Source of the DNA: Antedon mediterranea
Lineage: Eukaryota; Animalia; Echinodermata
DNA length: 64,000 nt
Direction: 5' to 3'
Assembly: GCF_964355755.1 (NCBI RefSeq)
Contig: NC_092679.1
Span: 13,251,432 to 13,315,431, forward strand
Both the position numbers and the translations under genes were made by a program. The number at the start of each line of letters is the position of its first letter. Positions within the stretch are counted from its first letter, which is position 1. Shown here piece after piece: positions 1-12,170 of this stretch. The notes under the pieces were generated by a model. The model ran no database searches and was not told the DNA's origin. It saw only the letters and a program-made list of their open reading frames with translations.

Positions 1-263
1 ATCCTCTAGTTAGTAGGCCTTCTTGCTGAGCATCAACAAGATAATTAATATTAAACAATCATTAACAGTATAACAATACTATTACTAGAATTATCACTAC
101 TACTATCGTCAGTTGATAAATCATCCCCGTTATAATAGTTTTTTTCTTCATTAACTTCGTCAGTCTCCTAGTCTAGGCCTAGTTCAACTTCATCCTCAAT
201 TGGCATCCTCGTTTTCTCCAGGCATACTTATATACTGATGTTTCCATCGTCAACTGCAGGAGG

Positions 264-3082
264 TTGCCGATTGTTATACTCGTCCTTAAAATGGCGTCTT
301 ATGACATGCTTGTAAAACGAATTGTAAATTCCAAAGCTTGCCGGGCAGCGAACCACCAATTCCACATGTTACTCGAAAATTCGGAGTATTTCCATGAATT
401 GAATTATAATGCCTTAGCAAATAGGGTAGCAAATACTGTACCTACTTCAGTTTACTGGCACCAACTTATCGCTTTTTTTCGGACTGCAACAAACATGTGT
501 AATTATTATTGTCTGTCGTATTACTGTTGGTCCAGACGTTTTATAGATTTGCTTTAACCACCATGGAGGTTTATACCTCCATGCTTTAACGTTGAGCAGT
601 ATAATGACCTTATACATTCTGGGTAAAAGGCCAGCGATAAATTTTTGGTTATAGTTGAAAAACAACACTGTGTGTGGTCGATGACCTAGCTCCCGGCGGG
701 ATCATGGCCAACGGTTTTTTAAAGTAATCATTCAAAATCTAGAGTTTGTAAGACACCTTTCATCGCAATTTATATATTAAATGCTTCAATAGGCCTAGTA
801 AGATTAGTCTAATATAATGTCGAAGGAAGACGCTTTGTTGAAGATCCGAGAAATAGATGAAGAAGTGGCCAACATTTTAACAGGTTCGTAGGCCTAATAA
901 TTATATTTTAATCTGCCAGCAGTCTAGGCCTAGCCTAGGCTCCTTCCTAGTTAGTAATACTGTAGGCCTGGAACTAGTAGGTCTAGGCTAGCCTACTATG
1001 CCAGGGAATAATTTCGCCAGTGTAGCATAGCAAAAAGCTATACAAAACAACCTTTTTGCTACAGATTTTTAAAATTGTGTAGCAAAAAATACAATACAAA
1101 ACTATGTTTCTCAACTCAAAAATCAGTTTGATTAGCAATATTGCTAAACAAAATTTAAAAATGAAATCTTTCCCTGTATGCCTGTACTGACGGACAGGTG
1201 TATAGGTTTAGCTTAGCATTTTAGTTCAGACATTGACAGAGGGGACAAATATTGTCGGACCTAATTCAGCTAGGTATTAGGAAGGCCTAATAATAGATAA
1301 TACAATTATAATGTAACAGTTATTTTGCAATGTAGCCATGAAATATCTACGAAGGATTATATTATATACACATATTCCAATGAGAAATATAATGACATTT
1401 AAAAACACTTCTTTATATTTAATTAATTGTACACACTAAGTAATCTCCGAAGTGATCACATCGATATTGAAACTTAATGTTTTTAACTCTAAATTTTTAA
1501 AAAAACTTACTAAAAAAACAAACAAAAAACATACGTACTGCATAACTAAAATTGTTATATTAAATTTCTTTTTTTATCTTAAATTATTTGTTAGGTAATT
1601 GAAGAAGTTCGAAGGATACTAATTATTACTAGGCAAAGAGGAATGAAATACAAAAAAAAGCTTTTTAAAGAAGTGCTTAGCAAATTTTTCCAAAGAAGAG
1701 AATAATATAGTTTATTTTGGTATTTTAAAGAGAAACACCAGTCCTCCATCTGGTAAGTACAGTGTATGTTTTTGTACTTTTATCTATTCATAAATATTTT
1801 TATAATGGACCAATGGTAGTGAGGAAAATACGTGTACATATTGTGTACGTATTTTTAACAACTTGGTTCGACTCAAGCTAGTGTCATGCACTCCTCCCTT
1901 TGACAACTAAAATTAAATAAATGACTTATGAATATTAATTTTTGACATATTAATGCTCTCCTGGCCAGCCCACCCTTTCCCCTTCCTTTTACATTGACCA
2001 CCTACAAAACTGTAGGCTACATTATTACAAATTTGAGCTACAGTATATCAAGTTTATGTCCATACATTATTCCACTCATTTAAATAAATTTATATAATTT
2101 AAATGTTTTCAATTTGTTATTTTTGGTTAGGTTCAAAGATAACCCATATGTTGTCAAATCTGTCAAACATATTTGTTGGGAAAAACTCATCAAAAAAAGT
2201 CTGCCGACCTTGAAGGTATTTAGTGTTTTTTAAAATTTAAAATACAAGTAACATTATGTACATTAAAAAAAAATATCTTAAAGTGTTTTTTTAAAATCAA
2301 ATTTATCTTAGCTTAAAATTCGAGGTATATACTATGTTTACAATAATTTATTAAAATCAAACAATTAAACAAAATTTACATTTAATTGTATGATTGTTAT
2401 TATAAACATTGATACAGAATAAAAACATCAATCAGGATTGCGTATTGTCTTCCTAAATAGTAATATTAAAAATAAATTTAGACCCTAATAATTTAACTAA
2501 AAATAATAGATACAGCCAGGCCTGTCTTTGGGATCGGTATAAACAGGGCAAAGTTTGTGATTAAAAAGTTCAAATGCATATTCCACCCACCCTTATGTCT
2601 TATAATGTAAAATTATTCTTACCACCGTTCTAATATTGCGTCATGTTTTTGTGTTTACCGCCCCAGATATAGGACTCTAAAACCACACCGTACCCAATTA
2701 GTTGATGATGTTACACATATTTTAAATACAGTAATAACTAAAACTATATTAATCTCTTTTCATTTTTAGGAACATGAATAAAGATCCAGAATCCTGGTCT
2801 TCACGCCGATCAGGTAATATGCCGGTATTGCTTTTGGACACAAAAATGGCCTACATTAAAGTTTAGCAAACAATTCTAACTACAAAGAAAGCAAAATTAG
2901 ATGAGGCTCTAGTTACTCTCCTCTCCACTTTTTACCTTCTGGATTTCGATTATCCAAAATGAAAAGAAGTAGGCCTCACTATCCTTTAACAGTTAGTGAT
3001 TTGTGATGAAAACACACCTGTACACTTGACAAAGGCTGTTGAATCATCATTAGTATACATTAATAAATTTAAAGACACCTAA
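264..3082 (+). pseudogene. Decayed multi-exon accessory gene of the EnSpm-like element (resembles SAMD3-like transposon accessory ORFs)
   Basis: Exon-like blocks near 264-885, 1595-1752, 2131-2215 and 2771-3082. The last reads ...LDEALVTLLSTFYLLDFDYPK*KEVGLTIL*QLVICDENTP...FKDT* with three internal stops. Family assigned from memory of the FYxxxxxYP motif only. Confidence 0.45.
1002..1176. mobile_element. Small hAT-like MITE
   Basis: Termini CAGGGAATAATTTC ... GAAATCTTTCCCTG flanked by TATGC on both sides (5-bp TSD). Confidence 0.5.
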
Positions 3083-3523
3083 TAGTTTAAAGCCCAGGTG
3101 CGGGAGAAGAATTTTACGAAATTTGTATTTTATTTACCATTTTAATGTTTTTAAGTTTTCTTTTGATGGCATTTATTATTAATAAAAACAAGTTTGTTTT
3201 AAAGAAGTTGTATATATTATTGTACCTAATGTCATGTAAATTGTAGTTCTTAATGAAAATAACAGTATTGTTAATATTATGTTTTATAACATTCTTGAAT
3301 TTATTTGTTTAAGTAAAATATTACTTAAAATGAGTATTCATTTATCGTTCTTAAAATAAATTTTTAGTGATTTATATTTTATAGAATTCTTGTTTCAAGC
3401 AATTTTTTTCCCAATATAAGTAAGAATTTACGAATTTTAATTTGATAGAATTCTTGTTTCAAGCAATACTTTTCTTAAAATAAGTAAACATTTACTGGTT
3501 TTTATTTGATAGACTTCTTGTTT

Positions 3524-4760
3524 ACTTATTTTAAAAAAAGTTTTGCTTGAAACAAGAATTCTACAAATAAAAATCGGAATATTCTTACTTATTTTAAGAA
3601 ATATATTGCTTGAAACAAGAAAACTAAAAATATAAATCGGAATATTCTTACTTATTTTAAGAAAAATATTGCTTAAAACAAGAATTCTAAAAAATACAAA
3701 CCGGAATATTCTTACTTATTTTAAGAAAAATATTGCTTGAAACAAGAATTCTACAAATAAAAATCGGAATATTCTTACTTATTTTAAGAAATATATTGCT
3801 TGAAACAAGAATTCAAAAAATACAAATCGGAATATTCTTACTTATTTTAAGAAAAATATTGCTTGAAACAAGAATTCAAAAAATACAAATCGGAATATTC
3901 TTACTTATTTTAAGAAATATATTGCTTGAAACAAGAATATTAAAATTAAAAATCGGAATATTCTTACTTATTTTAAGAAAAATATTGCTTAAAACAAGAA
4001 TTCTAAAAAATACAAATCGGAATATTCTTACTTATTTTAAGAAAAATATTGCTTGAAACAAGAATTCTACAAATAAAAATCGGAATATTCTTACTTATTT
4101 TAAGAAATATTTTGCTTGAAACAAGAATTCAAAAAATACAAATCGGAATATTCTTACTTATTTTAAGAAAAAAATTGCTTGAAACAAGAATTCAAAAAAT
4201 ACAAATCGGAATATTCTTACTTATTTTAAGAAAAATATTGCTTGAAACAAGAATTCAAAAAATACAAATTGGAATATTCTTACTTATTTTAAGAAAAATA
4301 TTGCTTGAAACAAGAATTCAAAAAATAAAAATCGGAATATTCTTACTTATTTTAAGAAAAATATTGCTTGAAACAAGAATTCAAAAAAATACAAATCGGA
4401 ATATTCTTACTTATTTTAAGAAAAATATTGCTTGAAACAAGAATTCAAAAAATAAAAATCGGAATATTCTTACTTATTTTAAGAAATATCTTGCTTGAAA
4501 CAAGAATTCAAAAAAATACAAATCGGAATATTCTTACTTATTTTAAGAAATATATTGCTTGAAACAAGAATTCTATAAAATACAAATCGGAATATTCTTA
4601 CTTATTTTAAGAAATATATTGCTTGAAACAAGAATTCAAAAAAATACAAATCGGAATATTCTTACTTATTTTAAGAAAAATATTGCTTGAAACAAGAATT
4701 CTATTTTAAAAAATCGATAAATTGTTACTTATTTTAAGGCAGATACTGCTTAAAACAAGA
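3524..4760. repeat. 63-bp tandem array (~19 copies), subterminal repeat of the EnSpm-like element
   Basis: Unit TTGCTTGAAACAAGAATTCAAAAAATACAAATCGGAATATTCTTACTTATTTTAAGAAAAATA; inverted degenerate copies at ~3380-3523 and ~4915-4935. Confidence 0.95.
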
Positions 4761-4990
4761 ATGAAAAAAGCAATTAAATTCTTGGTAAGAATATTGTTCT
4801 TAAAGTATTATTTCTTGGTAAGAATAATTTTCTTGATAAGAATTTGTGTGATTCTTGTTAAGAATTTTACGATTCTTGGTAAGCCAAAAAGTATTGAAAT
4901 ACGGACAAGTCAAAATTTACTTGTTTCAAGAAATATTTTGCTTGAAACAAGTTTTTTTTTTCTTAAAACAAGAATCAGAATTTTGCTGTG

Positions 4991-5915
4991 CATGCTTTCT
5001 GATGTTGATCGACTCTTTCACTTGCCTTTTTTGAGTGTTGCATTCTTTCTCAAGGATAGCAGCGTTCCAATCAATGAGGTGATTGTGTTGTAGTGCATGA
5101 TCTGTTATTGCAGATTTATGTATGATTGATGATGTAGACGATCTTTGAGCCCTCCCGTGTTGTTTTCTGTGTCTGTGCGATGTTCTTTTATGCGTGTTTT
5201 TAAAGCCCTCCTTGTTTCCCCGTTGTAAGCTTGTGGACAGTTCAGACATTGTAGTTTGTAGATGCAACCGCATACTTGATCTTTTTCGATGCAGTCTTTT
5301 GGATGAACGAGGTTTTGCCTGATCTTATTGGATGGGATGAAAAAGGTGTCAATTTGATGTTGGTTGAAAACTGATTTTATGCGTTCAGACCTTTTGTGTA
5401 TGAGATCCCGATGTTACAACGTGACTTTTATTTAGTAGATGTTGTACCTTTGCTGCAATTTTGATCAAGCTGTCGTTGCTGTTTTTGGAGTCGTTGTTTC
5501 TCTACCTTCTTGAACGTCTAATCTGCGTAGTCGCATTTCTTCAAAACCTTTCTGATGTGGTCCATTTTTCTGTCCTTCAGGTGTTAAAACTATGTTTTCA
5601 CATCTGTTCACAAGCGTATTAATAACACTGAGTTTGTGTTGTAATGGGTGATTTGACTTGAAATTTAAATACTGGTCTGTGTGTGTCGGTTTTCTGTAGA
5701 CTGATGTTGATAATGATCTGTTGCTTTGTAGTGTTATGAGAATGTCCAAAAAAGGTATGGTGTTGTTGGACATGCATTCGGTGGTGAATTTGATGTTGTG
5801 AGTAGTGTCAATGTTGTTTAAGTGAGTGTTTATATCAGTAGCTGCATGCAAGGGAATGCTGGCAAGAATGTCATCGACATAACGATACCATATGGTGGGT
5901 TTGAATCCATTGGTT
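4991..5915 (-). mobile_element. Penelope-like retroelement fragment (RT C-terminus + GIY-YIG endonuclease), 5'-truncated and frameshifted
   Basis: Minus strand reads WYRYVDD (~5870-5890), IKFTTE..IPFLDILI..VYRKPTHTDQYLNFKSNHP, then GCIYKLQCLNCPQAYNGETRRALKTRIKEH and SAITDH..HNHLIDWN..KRQVKESINIRKH, all typical PLE motifs. Confidence 0.92.
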
Positions 5916-7526
5916 AAGTTAAGTTATTATTATTATTATTAATCTGCGACTCTCTGGTATAAACATCGAAAATCTGAAAATTACCAAAACGATGCCCTAA
6001 TTTGCATTTAAAAAGCTTATTGGAGTTGAAAATATAATTGCGTAATGTTTAAGGCCACGTTCCAGCCAATAAAATACAGTATAAAATCATTTTTGAAACA
6101 GTGAAAGGTGACTTTTTCCGAAATATGGAGAATGCAATTCCGCATTTCATTTTTATTGCATTTTTGATTGGCCAAAAATGCTGACCCACCAATAAGAAAG
6201 CGTTACGGTTCTCAGGGTGAAACGCTGCGTGTTTGTTGGACGCCGTCTATGATCTCAATCGTGGAAGATCTCTCCAGTTACAGAAGAGTTCGAAGTAATA
6301 AGAGAACGGTCAAAATTTATGAAGACCACGAAGCACTGAATGCATCGATTTTCGCTATTTTTTGCGAAGGTGAATGATGAGGTGGAATAAAGAGGAGAAG
6401 CCTCAATCTGTTGCATTTTGATGTATATAAATAGTTGTTTAAATAAAATTTGCAGTTCAAACGTAAACATTAAATAATATGACTAGACATACTGTAACTA
6501 TAATGTATTATTTGATTCAGTTTACCGTGTTACCCCTCGTCTCGAATAATAAACTGGGTTTGTTAAGGTGCACACGGACAAACTGTGTACACTGAAGCTA
6601 CAGTTTATATAGTCATTATCCGAGAAAACTTGTTCCACCAACACCAGAACTGGAGCCGAGTTGAATATAGAGTAGGATATTTTTCATCGAATAAAAAACT
6701 AATACAAAACATTCATTATTTGTTTTATAACACACCTACTTTTTTCAATTTAATTATCGTATATCATTGGAGAATGCTAGGCCAGGTAGCTAGACCACTG
6801 AAAAGGCATTTGGACGCTGAGTAGAGCCGTATAATAATATTTAAGGAATTTCATTATTGAGGGTGAGGCAACCACGACAGTGATATCAAATACATAATAA
6901 ATGTTAACTATTATATTACTGTGCTTATGTGGTTTTGTGTATAAATATCATGTATAATTGTTTTCTACGTTTCTTTTTTTAAAGGTGTTTGTACTACTGT
7001 ATAACCAAATAGGTACAGCAAGCAAATGCATTTGCTGATTTGACAGCAATGGAAGAACTATTAGTATATTAAGTTATTTGGTGGTGGTGCTTAATTAACC
7101 ATGCAGGGACGTACCACGTGACTTTACTGTTTCAAAAAACAAAACAAAAATAACATGCCATTTTGTAGGTAATTAATTAGGCATAACAATACCAAAACAG
7201 TCATAAAAATCTTTCAAATAATAACACAGAGATACATTAAAAAAACACTGTTGTTCTGTGATTTCATGTCGTTCAGCGGAAATTATAATGAAATAAGTCA
7301 TTTTTTGTAGTAATTTGTATTTTGTAGTAAATATTTATCACATTAATATAATGTATAATTGTATTCTACGTTTGTATTCTTTCTTTAAAGGGATTTGACC
7401 AGCCACAAATTGTCCCCTATCCTTTAACATTAGGTCATTAGGAAGCCTGATTGGTGTACCAGGTTAAAAGTTATAGACGTTTTTGTTTTCAGGATAATAA
7501 AATGTTACGAACATGTCTACTTTAAC

Positions 7527-7645
7527 CAGGGAAGAGTTAAATTACAATTTAAATTGTAATTTAACTCTTTCCTTTAACATAGCACGATTTGGAGATCATC
7601 CAGGGAAGAGTTAAATTACAATTGTAATTTAACTCTTCCCTGGAT
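7527..7645. mobile_element. Two tiny palindromic CAGGG-ended elements; the second is a perfect 48-bp palindrome (7598-7645)
   Basis: ATCCAGGGAAGAGTTAAATTACAA|TTGTAATTTAACTCTTCCCTGGAT; related copy at 7527-7571 flanked by CTTTAAC on both sides. Confidence 0.65.
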
Positions 7646-9448
7646 CACCTTACTTTAGAATTTGAATGCCGACAATGTTTCAAAACTAAAAAATAAAAAT
7701 AACATGACATTGTAGGTAATTAAGGCATAAAAATACCGAAACAGTTATGACATTATATAATATCATAGGTACACTAGATAAAACTTCATGAAATATATTT
7801 TTCTTTGATTTCGTGTCGTTCAGCAGAAATGTAATTAAGTAAATTGTTGTAGTAATTTTTATTTTGTAGTAAATATATATCACATTAATAATGATGTATT
7901 TCTACGTTTGTATTTGTTATAACGTCTCTAATTTTATAAAACCGGAATCAATCCAGTGTTTAAAGTATTTATAATTTCTCTTAAATACATCTGATTATTT
8001 TCCATATATGGTGTACACTTTAATAATGTAATAGGCATACCTTTATGCATATTATAATTGTATGTCTAATTGATTTATCTTTTAAAGGTATTTACAAAAC
8101 AACGATATGACTACCATAGATCGAAATGTATTTACTTCTTTTGCTTCATCACTGACAGTATTGTAAGTTAAACACTGTTGTAATTTCAATACAAATTTAA
8201 CAGGATTCTTGATTCTGTTAAAATAAACACACAGAGTATAATCGGCAAACAGACTGGTTAAAAGAACTGCCATGTTTTTTCTGTCAACCTTTTCCTCATT
8301 GGATTTTTTATCCTAACATTCGAAATAAGATTGGGGCCACTCACTTTTTTTGTTGAGGTGTTGGGGAGTTAGGGTGTCGTTTGTTGTTTTACACATTTTA
8401 CTAATCATGTTTATGCCTATGCTTGATTTACTTATTTAAAACTATTATTTTGTAGACGGTTAGAAGGTAACAACTTACAGGATTACAATTCGAGCACTTG
8501 AGGAATTGACAAACTTAACAGAATTGTAAGTAGGCCTATTTGGTCAGCAAAAAAAATAAATAAAGTGGTAAATGTATTTCAAAATGGCCGCCATTTTCTC
8601 AAAAGGAAAGGTTTGAGAAAGATGTGTAGTTGTTAAACCTGATTTATTAGAAAAAAAATGTATGAACTATTTAGAGATAGATTTTGACTTAACTTAAAGT
8701 TACATGTATTAAAATTGGTTTTACACTCAAGATGATCATAGCTTGAACACCTCTCCAATTCTTCGATTATAATTTGATGCTGTTGTCTATCCATTGTTAT
8801 AGACGAGCACTGTGATAAGCCCATTTCTCGAAATCGTTTGTAGAACTTCATTAGCAAAACATTTATAGGGGCATTCCACAGTATTTGGTTCGTGAGTTGA
8901 AAATGTTCATTTACTGATAATTTTTCTGATCTTTAAATTATTGAATATTAAATATGAAAATAACATATTTGACGTTACGGACGGGACATTTAAAAATCCT
9001 GTTTATTTTTAAAAAAACATGCATCATACTATATCCTGGTCAGACCTTCATTAGCAAAACATTCATAGGGGCATTCTCTTTTTTTAAATTAATATAGTTA
9101 CGTTATGTCTCAATTATACATAATAATAAAAATGTTGTTTATTAATTTCATAAATGCATTTAAAATTCATAAATGTCCCGTCCGACGTTTTAGGTTGTTT
9201 TGTTTTTCTATTATTTGAGAAGTAATGATACAAAAATCGTATTATTACAAAAAGTTCCAGTCCAGTTTGCAGTGTATGTTTCCACTAAAAGATGAAACAT
9301 TTATTATTATGTTTACCTTTACTCATATAGGTGGGCGGATTCTTCATGTTTATGTTCCATTGTGGGTGATATTGATTATTGCCATCGCGGCGTAGATCCA
9401 TTTGCTTCATGTTAAGACTTACTAGAAAGTGAATACATACGGGCATTG

Positions 9449-10450
9449 ATGTGGATTATTGTAATTTCAGCTTTTAGTGGTAATTTAGTAGTTATCATAT
9501 CACGACAGTGTAAAAAGGATAACAACACAAGTAATGATAACGATATTAATAAAGTGCAAACCACACTCATCACCAACCTTGCCGTGTCTGACCTGTTAAT
9601 GGTAGTCTATTTGAGTATCATTTTAAGTGTAGATATGCATTACAGAGGGCAATATGCAACATTTGAATGGAGTTGGAAGAATAGTTATCTTTGCAGTTTT
9701 GCTGGTGCCATTGCCACTCTCTCTGGTCAGTCTTCGGTTTTTACATTAATGCTTTTAAGCATCGACCGTGCTATAAACATCGCTTATCCATTTAGTGCCA
9801 AACGTCTTAGTTGCAGAAATTGTAGAATTATTATCGGAATTGCATGGCTATGTTGGATTGTGCTTAGTTTTCTTCCACTAATAGCTAACCGGGTAGCTAA
9901 CCTCTTTGACGGGTATTATTTCGGGCAGGTTGATTACGGGTATATTTATTATGGAGTGAAAAGCGTATGCCTTGCACTGCCGTTATCAAAAAGCCATTGG
10001 CCAGGCTGGGAATATGCTTTTGCTATCTACATAGGATTCAACAGTGTAGGTTTTATCATCATCGCTGTGAGTTATGTAATCATTTTCGTGTCTATCAAGC
10101 GCACATCAGCTGGTGCTAACAGGAAACGAAGACGAAAAGAAGATATCAAACTAGCAGTGAAAATAGGGTTTCTCATTTTCACAGATTTTTGTTGCTGGTT
10201 TCCTATTGTATTGATGGCAATTGGTGCTGAACTGGATTGGTGGGTACCGCCTGTGAAAATATATGTTTTGTCAGCGACATTCATCATACCAATTAACTCC
10301 TCGGTTAATCCCTATCTATACACAATTATCAACTGTTGCCTTACTTTTTTAAGCAAAGATAAGAAACCAAACGTTGCCAATACTAATCGAACACGACAGG
10401 TGGCTGTTATACAGCTTCGGGAAATGAGACCTGGAAATACTGACAGATAA
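9449..10450 (+). CDS. Intact 7TM ORF of the RXFP/GRL101-like receptor (333 aa from ATG 9449)
   Basis: GNLVVI, NLAVSDLLMVVYLSII, W..SYLCSFAG, SIDR, VCLALP, TDFCCWFPI, PINSSVNPYLYT: LGR-family transmembrane signatures. Whether it is translated is uncertain. Confidence 0.7.
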   Translation: MWIIVISAFSGNLVVIISRQCKKDNNTSNDNDINKVQTTLITNLAVSDLLMVVYLSIILSVDMHYRGQYATFEWSWKNSYLCSFAGAIATLSGQSSVFTLMLLSIDRAINIAYPFSAKRLSCRNCRIIIGIAWLCWIVLSFLPLIANRVANLFDGYYFGQVDYGYIYYGVKSVCLALPLSKSHWPGWEYAFAIYIGFNSVGFIIIAVSYVIIFVSIKRTSAGANRKRRRKEDIKLAVKIGFLIFTDFCCWFPIVLMAIGAELDWWVPPVKIYVLSATFIIPINSSVNPYLYTIINCCLTFLSKDKKPNVANTNRTRQVAVIQLREMRPGNTDR

Positions 10451-10652
10451 AACCTAAACGTTTTGTTGAAATTGTTTGTTCTCATTAAAAGACACTAAAT
10501 ACTTCAGTAATCGTTTGTTTGCAATATAACTTTCAACATGGCACAACTGCATATAAACTGTCAGTAACTACAGTATATATACAAAATAACAAGTAGTTAT
10601 ATATAATATATATATTGTAGTAATATAATAATAGTATAGTAATATATAGTAG

Positions 10653-11066
10653 CAAAGAACTTATAACACAAGAATCCCCTGTTCGTCCAAAGCGCGTAAC
10701 AATTTCGAAAGGCATTGTGGGATAGAATAGAGCTAATGGGTGGCGACATTGTGAGCCATGGAGTAGGGCGCCCGCATCAAATTATTAGAAAGTCAAAATC
10801 ATAGAGGGGATCTGCTAATACTCTAGGGGGGGTAGAGTAATTGACTGAGGAGTAGGGCGCCCGCATCAAATTAGAAAGTCAAAACCATAGAGGGGATCTG
10901 CTAATACTCTTGGGGATATAGAGTAATTGACTTCCTAGTTTGGAGGGGGCGCTGCTCCAAGCTGTGAAATGGCGTAGCCCAGTTTGACCTTTTAATCCTG
11001 TACTTCCGATACTGTGTTTTGAATGCAAATTGAAGAACAGGAGATTCTTGTGTTATAAGTTCTTTG
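10653..11066. mobile_element. P-element-like MITE with internal ~89-bp tandem duplication
   Basis: 32-bp TIR CAAAGAACTTATAACACAAGAATCCCCTGTTC / GAACAGGAGATTCTTGTGTTATAAGTTCTTTG; 7-bp TSD ATAGTAG; internal repeat 10760-10846 / 10849-10932. Confidence 0.8.
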
Positions 11067-11409
11067 ATAGTAGTAGAATATATTGCTGTAATCGAAAGAA
11101 GGAATGTAAACGAAATAACTAAATTACACTTGTTACTATCATTTTTTTTATTTTGTATAGTTAGTTTATTTAATCAAATTAGTTACATTTTACATTTTAT
11201 ACTCTTACATATGTACAGTTACTTTATTTAATCAAATTGTGCATCACTGTAATTTTTGTTAAACTTTTTGTTCATAACTTAGATTTCTTAGATAAAAAAA
11301 CATATTGTTAATTAACGCTCAATGTATGCAGTTTACATACTATTATAAACAATATTGTACCTAACATTGTTGTTGTATCTGTGGAAAAAGAAATATAATA
11401 TTTCCAAAA

Positions 11410-12170
11410 AAATAATATTCAAAAACAATCAAAATATTTTACAGGAGGACAATAGGCCTATATCCTTAATAGTAACAGCTAAAATAAATATGAAAACAGT
11501 GATTAGAAATATACATTCTTGCTAAAAATATACTACCTTTTAGCGTTTAAAATGATAAATTCGACTCTAGGCCTAATGTAAAAAATAGTAATTTTTTAAT
11601 AAAATTATTATATATGTAAATACATTTATATTTAATTATTAAAATTATAAAAATAAATGTGATATAAACCTTCCATTATAGCAGAAAGCATGATATCTAA
11701 GATTATCTTTCAAGTACAGGTTTTTAAAAGAACTGTTAGACAATGGACGTAAAAATTTTGACCAGGATAGCCGGCCCCAAACAGCGACCAATTAAAAATG
11801 TTTATTTCCGTTCTGGTTATGAAAAAAAAATGTTTTAGAATTAGTTAATTTTCCATAAGATTCGTTGCGTAGATAAGGCTCCATAGCACATTCTATAATA
11901 AAAAAGGGAAATTGCGAACAAGTGATCGAGTGTATTAGTATGTAAAATCATAACAGTTTTCCTCAATGTTTATGAGTTAAGCTTATCATTCCTGGCGAAT
12001 TTATCATTTTAAACGCTAAAAGGTATAGTAGTATATTTTTTTAGCAAGAATGTATATTTTAATAACTAATCACTGTTTTGATATTTATTTTAGCTGTTAC
12101 TATTAAAGATATAGGCCTATTGTCCTCCTGGAAAATATATTTTCATTGTTGTTGAATATGAAGTTTTTTC
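11410..12170. repeat. Foldback-type inverted repeat (~155-bp arms)
   Basis: 11410-11563 is the reverse complement of ~11996-12170 (e.g. TAGCGTTTAAAATGATAAATTCG / CGAATTTATCATTTTAAACGCTA). Confidence 0.8.

Larger units (their letters stand above)
1..4990 (+). mobile_element. Right-hand part of a CACTA/EnSpm (CMC)-like DNA transposon; left end outside window
   Basis: Ends at ...AGAATTTTGCTGTG 4990 (reverse complement CACAGCAAAA, a CAC-type terminus). Carries a subterminal 63-bp array with inverted copies and a decayed multi-exon ORF, and truncates a Penelope ORF exactly at 4990/4991. Confidence 0.6.
6985..10450 (+). pseudogene. LRR-containing GPCR (LGR type C / RXFP / GRL101-like) with disrupted ectodomain
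   Basis: LRR exons: ~6985-7060 (frameshifted NQIGT..ANAFADLTAMEEL), 8088-8162 (intact YLQNNDMTTIDRNVFTSFASSLTVL), 8456-8525 (70 nt, frameshifted). Last exon from 9331 reads CLC..DPFASC*DLL with TAA 9413-9415 in place of the conserved E of SCEDL. Confidence 0.8.

Noticed and set aside
3524-4760. CRISPR-like array (also considered for 22391-22640 and 25168-25560)
   Set aside because: Units are contiguous with no unique spacers, there are no cas genes, and the context is eukaryotic.
3733-5093. ORFs of repeated LLETRIQKIQIGIFLLILRKI peptides
   Set aside because: Artefact of the 63-bp (21-codon) array; frame shifts whenever a unit gains one A, and starts are non-ATG.
6168-6824. ORFs 6168-6377 and 6585-6824 as 5' exons of the LGR gene
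   Set aside because: Only a weak LRR-like stretch (IVIIRENLFHQHQN); no signal peptide or LDLa module and no consistent splice sites could be supported.
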